From contig OZ242029.1 in the NCBI GenBank assembly GCA_965205015.1, forward strand, positions 839,937 to 903,936: a DNA stretch of 64,000 nucleotides. The letters run 5' to 3'. A model generated the notes under the pieces. That model was given only the letters and a program-made list of their open reading frames with translations, did not search any database and had not been told where the DNA came from. Positions 1 through 9,265 of the stretch are shown here, piece by piece (within the stretch, counting starts at the first letter, position 1; the number at the start of each line of letters is the position of its first letter). This DNA comes from Candidatus Poribacteria bacterium (lineage in GTDB: Bacteria; Poribacteria; WGA-4E; WGA-3G). The position numbers and the translations under genes are program-made.

Positions 1-1580
1 ATGGCGGCAGTGGGTTCATCAAATACGACGAATTGACTCTGTCGGAAAAGTCCACGCGCAACGGCGAGGCGCAGCCATTCTCCACCGGACACGTCGCGTC
101 CGCCGAATTCGTGTCCGAGCCAAGTGTCAAGTTCTTGTGCGAAAGTAGAACCTGCTCTGTCGAGTGTGTGCCGCATAAAGGTGTCGTCTTGCATACGGTT
201 CGGGTCAGCAAAGCCGACATTATCCCTAACAGGCAGTAGGAACTTCGTGAAGTCCTGAAAGACAGCACTCGTTGTGGGTTTTTCGGAAGCCGTAGCACCT
301 TGCGAAAACATGAGTGTTCCGCTATCTGGAACGTACAAACCGAGCAATATATTTGCGAGTGTTGTCTTTCCAGCACCATTTTTCCCGACGAGTGCGACGG
401 TTTCGCCAGGCACTATTTTCGCGGTAATCTCCTTGAGGGTCTGCGTCGCTGCGCGAGGGTATCGAAATGAGAGATCATTCATGGCGACTGTTATCTCTCC
501 CGCTTCTGCAGCGAGTAGTGGCATCCCTTGTGGTTGCCCCTGGCCTTCCTGATGTTTCTCCGTCGCATCAGAAACACTAAGCTCTTGGGTGGATTGCGTT
601 GTGAACAGCGTCGCAAGATCACGTAAGACACCGCTCTGTTCGGCGAGATTCCCCATAGAGCGCGCCATATATGAGAGAAATCCTTGTAACCCAGCGGCAG
701 CGGCAATTAAACCCGTGAAGGTACCGGCGATTTTCTCAGGGTCGCCGTTATGTGCAACCCGTGCTGCGATGAAAACGATCACACAATATCCGAAGACAGA
801 ACTGAGGTTGGCGAGTGCGTTCCAGGCGGTTTTCCTTTTGAGGGATCCTATTTCCACCGTGGCGAGTTGACGATACGCGTTTTCCCATTTTGAAAGCAAC
901 CAACGTTGAAGTGTAAAGAGGCGGACCTCTGGACTGTTGACACGCTCGTAGAGCCGAGCTGCCCACGCTGTCTGTGTTCGGTTGGGACGTGCTGCCGCTC
1001 GGTCTTGCTCGAGTTCAAGTCTGGCAATAGGTTTCCTTGTGAAGAGAATGATGGAGGAACTGACCAGCAAAGCCGCCATACACCATATATCACTACTGAT
1101 AATAAAGATTGCGCCCAACAGTCCGCAGACACTCGCGACACTATGGATATTATCCACAACACTCTGAAACCAACTGACGACGCGATCACTGAAACCTTGC
1201 GTTGCTCGGCTAAGATTATCGTGAAAGTCAGGGTCGAAAAAATGGAGCAGGGGTGTTTGTCCAGCTTGACGCAGAAGGTCTTGCTGGAAGTGTAGCACCG
1301 CTTTATTGGAGAACCACATCTGTGTTACGCGATTGAAAACATCGGTTAATATTTCTAAGGTCATTAGCACGAGAAAAACACCCATCCATAAAAAGAGTCC
1401 CTCAGCATTTACTAACGCGTTTGTGAATCCGGCGATGATAACCGGCGAAAAACCGCGGTTTCCGGCGTTTATCAAACGGAGCAGAAGTATGACAAAGAGG
1501 GGAAGGGGTGCAATCCGTATAAATTGCCAGATTAAGCGAAGAACTGCGCGTCGAGGTAATGTGTTTGTGTCTCTCATCAT
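1..1580 (-). CDS. ABC transporter ATP-binding/permease protein, type I exporter half-transporter. Partial: C-terminus lies beyond the window start.
   Basis: Not in the ORF track because it runs off the edge. My minus-strand translation (codon phase 0) gives MMRDTNTLPRRAVLRLIWQF..., with Walker A 'GKNGAGKTT' at about 365-420 and ABC signature plus Walker B 'SGGEWLRLAVARG...VVFDEPTAA' at about 20-100. The ATG at 1578-1580 overlaps the upstream gene stop (ATGA). Confidence 0.85.
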   Translation of the reverse strand, partial: MMRDTNTLPRRAVLRLIWQFIRIAPLPLFVILLLRLINAGNRGFSPVIIAGFTNALVNAEGLFLWMGVFLVLMTLEILTDVFNRVTQMWFSNKAVLHFQQDLLRQAGQTPLLHFFDPDFHDNLSRATQGFSDRVVSWFQSVVDNIHSVASVCGLLGAIFIISSDIWCMAALLVSSSIILFTRKPIARLELEQDRAAARPNRTQTAWAARLYERVNSPEVRLFTLQRWLLSKWENAYRQLATVEIGSLKRKTAWNALANLSSVFGYCVIVFIAARVAHNGDPEKIAGTFTGLIAAAAGLQGFLSYMARSMGNLAEQSGVLRDLATLFTTQSTQELSVSDATEKHQEGQGQPQGMPLLAAEAGEITVAMNDLSFRYPRAATQTLKEITAKIVPGETVALVGKNGAGKTTLANILLGLYVPDSGTLMFSQGATASEKPTTSAVFQDFTKFLLPVRDNVGFADPNRMQDDTFMRHTLDRAGSTFAQELDTWLGHEFGGRDVSGGEWLRLAVARGLFRQSQFVVFDEPTAA

Positions 1581-3343
1581 TGATACCACTCACTTTGTGC
1601 TGCGAACATTTCAGCGTATTTTCCATTCCGCTGTAGGAGTTCAGTGGGATTCCCGATTTCTACAATGCGTCCACCATCCAAAACAACCACGCGATCGGCA
1701 AGCCGTGTCGGTCCGAGTCGATGGGCGATGAGCAGGGCAGTTTTACCCTCTACCAATTCAACAAACTGCTGAAAAATTTCCAACTCAGCAAGAGGGTCAA
1801 GGGCTGCCGTGGGTTCGTCAAAAATGACAAATTCGCCACCTTCTTTTATCAGACTCCGAGCGATAGCGACGCGTTGCCATTCACCGCCAGAGAAATCCGC
1901 ACCCCCGAATTCGGGACCTAAAAGCGAACTTAGCGGGAATTTTTCTGCTGGCAATCCGACTTGGGCTAAGGTCGCTTCGGTGTGTGCATCGGCGGCAGTG
2001 GCACCGTCCAAAATCAGGTTCTCGCGTAGGGTGGTCGGATAGCGTGCCGGATGCTGAAACACGACGGTGCAAGCACGCCGGAGGTCTTCAGATGAAATCG
2101 TGGTGGTATCAATACCATCTATCGTGATATTTCCTGCTGTTGGAGAACGCAAACCTGCTAAAATGTGTGCCAAAGTCGTCTTTCCCGCGCCATTTTCACC
2201 GACGACAGCGAGAATTTCGCCCGGACGGATGTGAACGTTAATATCGGAGAGCGCGTCTGTGTCTGCACCCGGGTAACGATACGCGACGCTATGCAAGCGG
2301 ATACCTTCACGCATCGAGTGTGGATAAGGCGTACGCGCTTCGGGAGCGTCTTCATCTTGCTTTTCTTCTAACAGACGGCGAAGGTCTTCTCCGTAGCCAG
2401 CGTGTTGGACAAAACCGATGACGAAATACTGCATCGAGTTCATACCCGCGGTGATATTCCGAAATGCTTCTAACACCAAAGCCGCGAGTCCAGCTTCAAC
2501 CCTTCCCTGTGAAAGCGATGTAACGAGCAGTGCCCCAGCGATGATGGCTACGAAAATAAATACCTGGAAAATACCTTGAGAGGCATTTCGAAAATCGATA
2601 TGCAAGCGTTCCTGAAGATATTGGGCGAGGATCGTCCGCCAGCGTTGGAGAAGGGGTTCGCCGATGGACCATAAACGGATTTCAGCGGCACTGCGCCGTT
2701 CTGTTAGAAGTTGGACGTAGTAATCCGCAAGTCGTTTGTTGCGTGTATTTTCCACCTCAAAGTGGCGCACTCGGGCGCCCATCTGAATTTCAAAAACCCG
2801 CAGCAATATTGCCCCACCGATGATGATCACGGGAATCCAAATCGAAATCAGTCCTAACACAACGGCACTGGTGAACAGGACAGGCGTGTATTCAATAAAG
2901 TTCAAGCCATTTTGCATTAATTGGACAACGCTCGAATCCCCACCAGTAACGACGCGATTGATGAGGTTATGCGATTCCTCGTCATCAAATGCCTCTAATG
3001 GTAATTTGCCTGTCTTTTGCAAAGCATCCCGCTGCAAAGCGAAACCGGCTCTAATGCGGAGTTGCTCGCGTAAAAGTGGGAGGAGTGTTAAGATCGCCTG
3101 CTCTACGAAAAAGAGGAGGCAAAGCGCAGCCAGCCATGGGACAGCACTCCTCATAATATCTGCATCGACGAGGGTATTAACGGTTTCCCGGAGCACAAGC
3201 AGATGGGCTGCCGCAGCACCTGCATTGATGAGGACAAGGGTTATCCACACAGCGGCAATAAAAGGCGAAGCTTTTAACACCTGTCCGAACAACCAGAGTA
3301 GGTCTCGAAATGAAGGGCGCGTTAATTTTTCTTTGTCCCACAT
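1577..3343 (-). CDS. ABC transporter ATP-binding/permease protein (MsbA-like exporter half), probably the heterodimer partner of the downstream gene.
   Basis: 588-aa ORF with an N-terminal TM region, Walker A 'GENGAGKTT', signature 'FSGGEWQRVAIARSL' and Walker B 'VIFDEPTAALD'. Confidence 0.9.
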   Translation of the reverse strand: MWDKEKLTRPSFRDLLWLFGQVLKASPFIAAVWITLVLINAGAAAAHLLVLRETVNTLVDADIMRSAVPWLAALCLLFFVEQAILTLLPLLREQLRIRAGFALQRDALQKTGKLPLEAFDDEESHNLINRVVTGGDSSVVQLMQNGLNFIEYTPVLFTSAVVLGLISIWIPVIIIGGAILLRVFEIQMGARVRHFEVENTRNKRLADYYVQLLTERRSAAEIRLWSIGEPLLQRWRTILAQYLQERLHIDFRNASQGIFQVFIFVAIIAGALLVTSLSQGRVEAGLAALVLEAFRNITAGMNSMQYFVIGFVQHAGYGEDLRRLLEEKQDEDAPEARTPYPHSMREGIRLHSVAYRYPGADTDALSDINVHIRPGEILAVVGENGAGKTTLAHILAGLRSPTAGNITIDGIDTTTISSEDLRRACTVVFQHPARYPTTLRENLILDGATAADAHTEATLAQVGLPAEKFPLSSLLGPEFGGADFSGGEWQRVAIARSLIKEGGEFVIFDEPTAALDPLAELEIFQQFVELVEGKTALLIAHRLGPTRLADRVVVLDGGRIVEIGNPTELLQRNGKYAEMFAAQSEWYQ

Positions 3344-3412
3344 CGTTTTCTGTCTACCTCGGTTAGTCCTAAATTACAATAGCGTGTAGGGAACGCGTTT
3401 TAGCCTTCTATT

Positions 3413-4207
3413 TCATTGTGTTTCTTCCGCACTTAAGTAGTCTAACGGGCTCTCAACGATATAATCCCCCGAATCCTCAAGAAACTGTTGGACGAGGAAA
3501 ACATGTCCAGCACCGATAATCAGTAGAATGCGATCGTCAGCAGATTCGGTGATACGGGTTAAATTCACAAATATTTTGAGATTCCGAGCATACCAAATAT
3601 GGGCAAGCCAATCTGCACCCGGATATTTGTCGTCTAACCCAATACGTGCATCATGTAAGTATGCCCGCTGGCTCGCACGGCTCCATGCAGGCTGATTGAG
3701 GCGGATATACATGTCGATTATCGGTTCATATTCCTCAGGTTCAATCCAGCCTGTCCCGTCCTCATCCTGTGTAACTTTTTCCGGAGATCCGGGATGGGAT
3801 CCAAAGAGGTGCCTCTGATTGTGTTTTTTCGCAAACTCGCTGCGGTTTATCAAATGACCTTTCATGCTTTCAAAGATCGGATCTTGCTTTGGCCAATAAT
3901 CAACGCAATACACTTTTGAATGTCTCACCATTTTCGCCAATCGAAACCCGACTTGATGGATTTCATGGCGTTCAAGTTGAAATTCATCCTTCAGATAGGC
4001 ATTGTATTCCTGCTGAAGATTGGAGTCAAGGTAGTCGACCTCAACAGCTATCTTCGTCGGCTGAAATTGAGCCAGTTGATCAGCAAGTTGTTGAAGTTCG
4101 CGCTGACGTTTAGGCGCGCGCATATCATCTATATTATCTCCATCCCAACCTGCCAAGTGGTGACTCCCGAGAATCATAACTGTAGGTTTCGTCTGATGTT
4201 TCATCAA
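3413..4207 (-). CDS. TraB/GumN/Tiki-superfamily (DUF5694-like) protein, paralog 1. No signal peptide.
   Basis: N-terminal 'ILGSHHL' GxxH motif, 'KRQREL...PTKIAVEVD' with conserved Glu, C-terminal 'LLIIGAGHVFLVQQFLEDSGDYIV' GxGH motif. The 4-nt ATGA overlap with the next gene suggests coupling. Confidence 0.6.
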   Translation of the reverse strand: MMKHQTKPTVMILGSHHLAGWDGDNIDDMRAPKRQRELQQLADQLAQFQPTKIAVEVDYLDSNLQQEYNAYLKDEFQLERHEIHQVGFRLAKMVRHSKVYCVDYWPKQDPIFESMKGHLINRSEFAKKHNQRHLFGSHPGSPEKVTQDEDGTGWIEPEEYEPIIDMYIRLNQPAWSRASQRAYLHDARIGLDDKYPGADWLAHIWYARNLKIFVNLTRITESADDRILLIIGAGHVFLVQQFLEDSGDYIVESPLDYLSAEETQ

Positions 4208-5019
4208 TTAGCATCCTCCATTTTTAAGTATTGCAGCGGACTTTCGACAATGTAATCGCCTGAATCCTCAAGAAACTGTTGGACGAGGAAGACATGCCCA
4301 GCACCGATAATCAGTAGAATACGATCGTCAGCAGATTCGGTGATACGCGTCAGGTTAATGCAGATTTTGAGGTTCCGAGCGTACCAACTATGGGCAACCC
4401 AATTCGCACCCGGATATTGGTCCCCTAATCCAATACGCGCACTGCGTAGATACGCCTGATGATCCGCGAGTCTACCTTCAGGCTCGTTGAGACGTATGTA
4501 CATCTCAATTATAGGTTCGTATTTCTCAGGTTCAATCCAAGTTGTGCCATCTTTGTCCTGAGTGATTTTTCCTTCTATAGGTGGGGGACGTAGGAAATGC
4601 TTCTGATTATGAGTCTCTGCGAACTTATAGCGATCCATCAAATCCCAATCAATCTTACTCTCAGGAAGACGGGGGGACCGTTCCGTCCAAAAATAATCCA
4701 CACAGTGTACCTTCGGATGTCCGATCTGCTTTGCCAATCGAAACGCAATCTGATGGATTTCATGGCGTTCAAGTTGGAAGTTATCCTTCAGATACGCATT
4801 ATACTCCGCTTGCTTTTCAGCGTCCCAACGTGTGTCGGATTCAATGGCTATCTTCGTCGGTTTGAAGCGCGCAAGTTGTTCAACGAGTTGCTGAATCTCG
4901 GCTTGGCGCTTTGGTGTGAGGACATCATCCATTTTTGTATTGTATACATCCGCTCCCCAGTTTGCCAAGTGCGGACTGCCGAGAATCATGATTGTCGGTT
5001 TCGTCTGATGTTTCATCAA
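4204..5019 (-). CDS. TraB/GumN/Tiki-superfamily protein, paralog 2. No signal peptide.
   Basis: Same motif set ('ILGSPHL', 'KIAIESD', 'IIGAGHVFLVQQFL'). C-terminal ~60 aa nearly identical to paralogs 1 and 3. Confidence 0.6.
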   Translation of the reverse strand: MMKHQTKPTIMILGSPHLANWGADVYNTKMDDVLTPKRQAEIQQLVEQLARFKPTKIAIESDTRWDAEKQAEYNAYLKDNFQLERHEIHQIAFRLAKQIGHPKVHCVDYFWTERSPRLPESKIDWDLMDRYKFAETHNQKHFLRPPPIEGKITQDKDGTTWIEPEKYEPIIEMYIRLNEPEGRLADHQAYLRSARIGLGDQYPGANWVAHSWYARNLKICINLTRITESADDRILLIIGAGHVFLVQQFLEDSGDYIVESPLQYLKMEDAN

Positions 5020-5888
5020 TCAGCATCCTCCGCCTTTAGGTATTTGAGTGGATTCTCAACGATGTAATCCCCGGAATCTTCAAGGAATTGTTGGACGAGG
5101 AAGACATGCCCGACACCGATAATCAGCAGAATGCGATCGTCAGCAGATTCGGTGATACGGGTTAAATTTACAAAGATTTTGAGGTTCCGAGCATACCAAA
5201 TATGGGCAAGCCAATCCGCACCCGGATATTTGTCGCCTAACCCAATACGTGCATCATGTAAGTATGCTCGCTGGCTCGCGCGGGTCCTTACGGGCTGATT
5301 GAAGCGTATGTACTTGTCAATTATCGGTTCATATTTCTCAAGTTTTCCTGGATCTGTAGGATCTCCGAAACGGTGATCCTCAGGAGATCCGAGAAGGTAT
5401 TCCTGATTGTGAACTTTTGCAAACTCGCTGCGGTTTATCAAATGCCCTTTAATGCTTTCAAAGATCGGATCTCGTTTGGGCCAATAATCAACACAATACA
5501 TCTTTGAATGTCCGAACTCTTTTGCTAACCTATATCCAATCTGATCTCCCTCATAGGGTCCGAGTGCGTAGGTCCCGTTTAAATAACCTTGATAGCGTTT
5601 GTTTTCAGCGTCGCAACGGCTTGGATCCAACTCAACCGCTATCTTGGTAGGTTTAAATCCTTTGAGGTGTTCAACCACCTGTTCAATCTCGCGTTGGCGT
5701 TTGGTCGCGAGGACATCATCCGAAAAGTGCCAACTGCCAAGAATCATAATCGTCGGTTTTTTCGTCATGTGCGTAGTATCCTCTGTAGACGGGTCTGTCC
5801 GGTCATCACTTGCGACTGTGCCGACCGCAAGTAACACAGCGACGAATAACATTATCAAATAGAACTCGTATTTCACTAAGGCTTTCAT
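5016..5888 (-). CDS. TraB/GumN/Tiki-superfamily protein, paralog 3, with N-terminal signal peptide (secreted/periplasmic).
   Basis: Hydrophobic N-terminus 'MKALVKYEFYLIMLFVAVLLAVGTVAS' followed by 'IMILGSWHF', 'KIAVELD', 'IIGVGHVFLVQQFL'. Confidence 0.6.
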   Translation of the reverse strand: MKALVKYEFYLIMLFVAVLLAVGTVASDDRTDPSTEDTTHMTKKPTIMILGSWHFSDDVLATKRQREIEQVVEHLKGFKPTKIAVELDPSRCDAENKRYQGYLNGTYALGPYEGDQIGYRLAKEFGHSKMYCVDYWPKRDPIFESIKGHLINRSEFAKVHNQEYLLGSPEDHRFGDPTDPGKLEKYEPIIDKYIRFNQPVRTRASQRAYLHDARIGLGDKYPGADWLAHIWYARNLKIFVNLTRITESADDRILLIIGVGHVFLVQQFLEDSGDYIVENPLKYLKAEDAD

Positions 5889-5944
5889 AAAACTTCTCCT
5901 ATCTGTGGTATCGGTAACCCTGCCTGAAAAAAGAAAACAACAGA

Positions 5945-7339
5945 TTAAGGCGTTTCCGCTTTGTTTGCATCCAAGTATTTCAACGGACTTTCAACGATAT
6001 AGTCCCCCGATTCCTCAAGAAACTGCTGAATCAGATACACATGCCCAGCACCGATAATCAGCAGAATGCGATCATCGGTGGACTCCGTGATGCGCGTCAA
6101 ATTCACAAAATTCTTGAGATTATGCGCATACCACCAATGTGCAACCCAATTGGCACCTGGATATTGGTTTTTGAGTCCAATGCGTGCGGTGCGCAGATAT
6201 GATTGATGACCGGTGTACATCTGTGCAGGCTCGTTTATCCGTATGTACATGTCAATTAGGGGTTCATATTCTTCGCGCTCAACCCAGACCGTGCCATCTA
6301 CGTCCGCCCGAACTTTCACCCCGCTTGAGGAAACGCTCCATAAGAGGTGCTCCTGATTATGCGTCTCCGCAAATGTGGCGTAGTCTAATAAACTCTTATC
6401 AATTTCATCATATATCGGCCGGTGCTTTGGCCAATCAGCAACACAATAAAGCTTCGGATGTCCCATCTGTTTGGCTAACCGAAAGCCGAATTGGTCAGGC
6501 AGGCTCCGTGTGAGTTCATAAGTGCCCTCCAAGTAGCTTTGATAGCTTGCGTTAATCTCCGCATCATCCCTTTCGTCTACATAAACGGCTATCTTGGTGG
6601 GACTAAACGCTCTAAGTTGCTGCACCAGTTGTTCCATTTCGCGTTGGCGTTTGGGCGCGAGGACATCATCCATTCTTGTATTGAATACATTGATTCCCGG
6701 ATTTGTGAAGAAGTCACTACCCAGAATCATGACTGTCGCTTTGTCTCGTGTGTCCCCTCTGTTCCATTGTCCTTTCAATTTGTCGCCAAAATCGATGTCC
6801 ACCGCACCGAAATTGCTGAGATTCCCGAGCAATTCCTCAATGCGTTCCGGTGCGATCTCACCGACAATGTTGACAAAGGTGGCTTCTCCAGACCTTTTCG
6901 GGATGATGATAGCGAAAATCCCGTAAACCTTCTCTTCATCAAACAGTAGATTAATCTCTACCGTTTCACCGCGCTCCTCAATTTTGACGAGGACTTCCCA
7001 CTCATCGTTCTTGAGCTTCTCCTTGAAATAGTTAACTAATTTCTTCTCATCAATCGTTGCCCTATCGTAAGTCCGGACATAGATACCGTCTAACATCTGG
7101 ATCAGCTCGGCGACTTCGGGTTGATTGCTCACCGATTTGGTTACCAGACTGATGAGTTTCGAGGTTAAGTTAACCTCGACCTTTGCCTCAAGAGGTTCTG
7201 GGAAATCGAAGAGGATGAGTCCTTTTCTATCAGTCTTGTCCGATTTGTCCTGCTGCGCGACTGCTGAATGCATCAGTGTTAGCGATGCAACCAAAAACAG
7301 CAACGTGAACAGTCGTATAAAGTGCTTTTGCGGTTTCAT
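5945..7339 (-). CDS. Secreted fusion protein: N-terminal DUF4252-like domain (~230 aa) plus C-terminal TraB/GumN/Tiki-like domain.
   Basis: Signal peptide 'MKPQKHFIRLFTLLFLVASLTLMHSAVAQ'. The N-terminal region aligns with the product of 7361..8047 ('YVRTYD/IRAYDG', 'L.N..WE.L.KI', 'FVNIVGEI/FVNIYGEI'). The C-terminal part has 'VMILGSDFF', 'KIAVYVD', 'IIGAGHVYLIQQFL'. Confidence 0.6.
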   Translation of the reverse strand: MKPQKHFIRLFTLLFLVASLTLMHSAVAQQDKSDKTDRKGLILFDFPEPLEAKVEVNLTSKLISLVTKSVSNQPEVAELIQMLDGIYVRTYDRATIDEKKLVNYFKEKLKNDEWEVLVKIEERGETVEINLLFDEEKVYGIFAIIIPKRSGEATFVNIVGEIAPERIEELLGNLSNFGAVDIDFGDKLKGQWNRGDTRDKATVMILGSDFFTNPGINVFNTRMDDVLAPKRQREMEQLVQQLRAFSPTKIAVYVDERDDAEINASYQSYLEGTYELTRSLPDQFGFRLAKQMGHPKLYCVADWPKHRPIYDEIDKSLLDYATFAETHNQEHLLWSVSSSGVKVRADVDGTVWVEREEYEPLIDMYIRINEPAQMYTGHQSYLRTARIGLKNQYPGANWVAHWWYAHNLKNFVNLTRITESTDDRILLIIGAGHVYLIQQFLEESGDYIVESPLKYLDANKAETP

Positions 7340-7360
7340 GGGTTCTACTCCTTATCTATT

Positions 7361-8047
7361 TTAACGATTCGTTGTTGTATTCCCTGATTTCAGGGCATGA
7401 TCCGGTTTCTCGGCGTTGCGCTTTACTTCCCACCCGTGGGACATCGGGACGTTTATCCAATTGCGAACTGTTTCGGAGATCGACTCCCTCGAATTAGATT
7501 CCAGAAGTTGTCCAAATAGAGTGCCGAGTTTCTGAAAGTCGATCTCTCCATAGATGTTCACAAAGCCCGAATTGCCATTATCGGTGAACATAACGAAAAT
7601 ACCGTTCACTACGCCCGGTTTTTCCGAGTAGAGCAGGCTGAGATCGAATGTATCCCTGATTTTGATGAGATGCTCCCACTTCTCATTTGCAAGGATGCTA
7701 CGGTAGTGGTCCACGATCCGGTTGAGGTCTCTCATCTCTCCATCGTAAGCCCGGATAGAGGCACCTTTTAGCATTTCGGCATACGCCGTATATTCCGACA
7801 TATCTATCGATTTATCTCCAGAAAGTTCCGGATGACTTGCGATACCGAAATTGATAAAGAGGCCTAAGAGGCTCTTGTCTAAGGTAATTTCCACCTTTGG
7901 GACAGGGGCATCCGGCAGATTCATTTCTATCTGACCCCGAACTGTTTCTCCTACGTTGCCGTTCTGGGCGTGCCCATTGGTGAAGAAACAGCAAACTGCT
8001 AAAAAGGCTATACCTGCTAAAAGGGCTGTAAGGGTGGATCTTTTCAT
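7361..8047 (-). CDS. Secreted DUF4252-like protein (ECF sigma-associated).
   Basis: The track ORF is 7361..8254. The likely real start is ATG 8045-8047, preceded by 'TAAGGAG', giving 'MKRSTLTALLAGIAFLAVCC' (signal peptide) and leaving a 13-nt gap after the anti-sigma stop. Homologous to the N-domain of 5945..7339. Confidence 0.55.
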   Translation of the reverse strand: MKRSTLTALLAGIAFLAVCCFFTNGHAQNGNVGETVRGQIEMNLPDAPVPKVEITLDKSLLGLFINFGIASHPELSGDKSIDMSEYTAYAEMLKGASIRAYDGEMRDLNRIVDHYRSILANEKWEHLIKIRDTFDLSLLYSEKPGVVNGIFVMFTDNGNSGFVNIYGEIDFQKLGTLFGQLLESNSRESISETVRNWINVPMSHGWEVKRNAEKPDHALKSGNTTTNR

Positions 8048-8060
8048 GCGTTTTTTCTCC

Positions 8061-8723
8061 TTAATATGAACGTTGATCGGTTTTTGTATCCAGAGTGCCG
8101 TGCGGTAATCGGTCAAGACTATCCAGACTCCGATGGATTGCCGATGAAATATTTCTCTTCTGTTTTGACACATGACGGGAGGCTGTTTCAATCTGAACAA
8201 ACGGACGACTTGAAACTTCATCAATCCGCACATCCGGGAGTTTCTCGTTAACAATCGTGCCGGTTCGCTCCACGGCGTAATTCAACTTACTGAGTGCATA
8301 AGCCAAGTCGCGGGAGGCTTGCTGCACTTTCAGATGCTGTTGGTACTGATAGGTCCCGAACAGGACAACTCCGATGAGGCACGCCAACGCGCCTGCGCGA
8401 GCGAGTACCGAAGTTAAATCATCCGAGAACGTAAACAGTTGGCATATCCGATGTAGCCACTTGGGTCCCTTGTTGGGATGCGCGCGAACGTACGCCTCAA
8501 CGGCGTTGAAAATTGCCGGGGATGGCTCTGGTTTCGGAAGTTCGTGTAATGCGCCGCTAATTGCTTCTGCGAAGCGAATTTCCTCTTGACACATTGAACA
8601 GGATGCAACATGTGCCGCTACCGTCGTCGCCGTATTTGCATCCAATTCATCGTCAAGATACGCTTCTAAGGTATCCTGAACTTCCGTACACGTTAAATCT
8701 GGATGGGAAGGAAATTGGTTCAT
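8061..8723 (-). CDS. Anti-sigma factor, zf-HC2 type, single-pass membrane protein.
   Basis: N-terminal 'C..V...L..YLDDELD...HVASCSMCQEE' zinc-finger anti-sigma motif, TM helix 'LARAGALACLIGVVLFGTY', and a 4-nt overlap (ATGA) with the ECF sigma gene. Confidence 0.75.
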   Translation of the reverse strand: MNQFPSHPDLTCTEVQDTLEAYLDDELDANTATTVAAHVASCSMCQEEIRFAEAISGALHELPKPEPSPAIFNAVEAYVRAHPNKGPKWLHRICQLFTFSDDLTSVLARAGALACLIGVVLFGTYQYQQHLKVQQASRDLAYALSKLNYAVERTGTIVNEKLPDVRIDEVSSRPFVQIETASRHVSKQKRNISSAIHRSLDSLDRLPHGTLDTKTDQRSY

Positions 8724-9265
8724 TCGTTATCTCTCCAGTAGGGACGCAGTAACTCCCGCAACCGCTTGCGGGCACGAAATGCTGTTGATTTCACAGTTCC
8801 TTCGGGTTGTTCTAACACCGCTGCGATCTCCTTGAAACTCATGCCGTTCAATTCCCGCATAATTATGACTGACCGCATATCTGGTGGCAATTTTTGAATC
8901 GCACACTGGACCGAGTCTTTGAGTTCTTGTTGGATCACAATCTCATCTGGTGATGGATTCGATCGACCAGAACGCGTGTGCATCAAAGTTTCGAGTTCTG
9001 TTTCGGGATCTGTATCGTCTCCGCCTGTTAAATGCACCTGAAATTTATCTCGCTTTAGCAGATTGAAACAGAGATTCTGCGCACATTTCAGCAACCATGA
9101 GTGTGCAGTCTTCGGACGCAATTTGTTACGGTGTTTCCACGCCGTAATGAACGTCTCCTGTGTTATATCCTCTGCATCTTCCCGATTTCCGAGTAGATAG
9201 AGGGTGTGTTGATAAACCCGAGCCTTGTGTTGATCGACAAGCTCAAGGAATTTATCTTCTGTCAT
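8720..9265 (-). CDS. RNA polymerase sigma-70 family, ECF subfamily sigma factor.
   Basis: 181 aa. Region 2 'DITQETFITAWKHRNKL' and region 4 'MSFKEIAAVLEQPEGTVKSTAFRARKRLRELL' helix-turn-helix. Confidence 0.85.
   Translation of the reverse strand: MTEDKFLELVDQHKARVYQHTLYLLGNREDAEDITQETFITAWKHRNKLRPKTAHSWLLKCAQNLCFNLLKRDKFQVHLTGGDDTDPETELETLMHTRSGRSNPSPDEIVIQQELKDSVQCAIQKLPPDMRSVIIMRELNGMSFKEIAAVLEQPEGTVKSTAFRARKRLRELLRPYWRDNE

Noticed and set aside
491-1731. ORF-track entries on both strands (491..706 -, 748..966 -, 848..1189 -, 906..1295 +, 1306..1731 +, 1402..1626 -)
   Set aside because: They all overlap, out of phase, the long minus-strand ABC-transporter reading frame (phase 0) that the track missed because it runs off the window edge. 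None has motifs.
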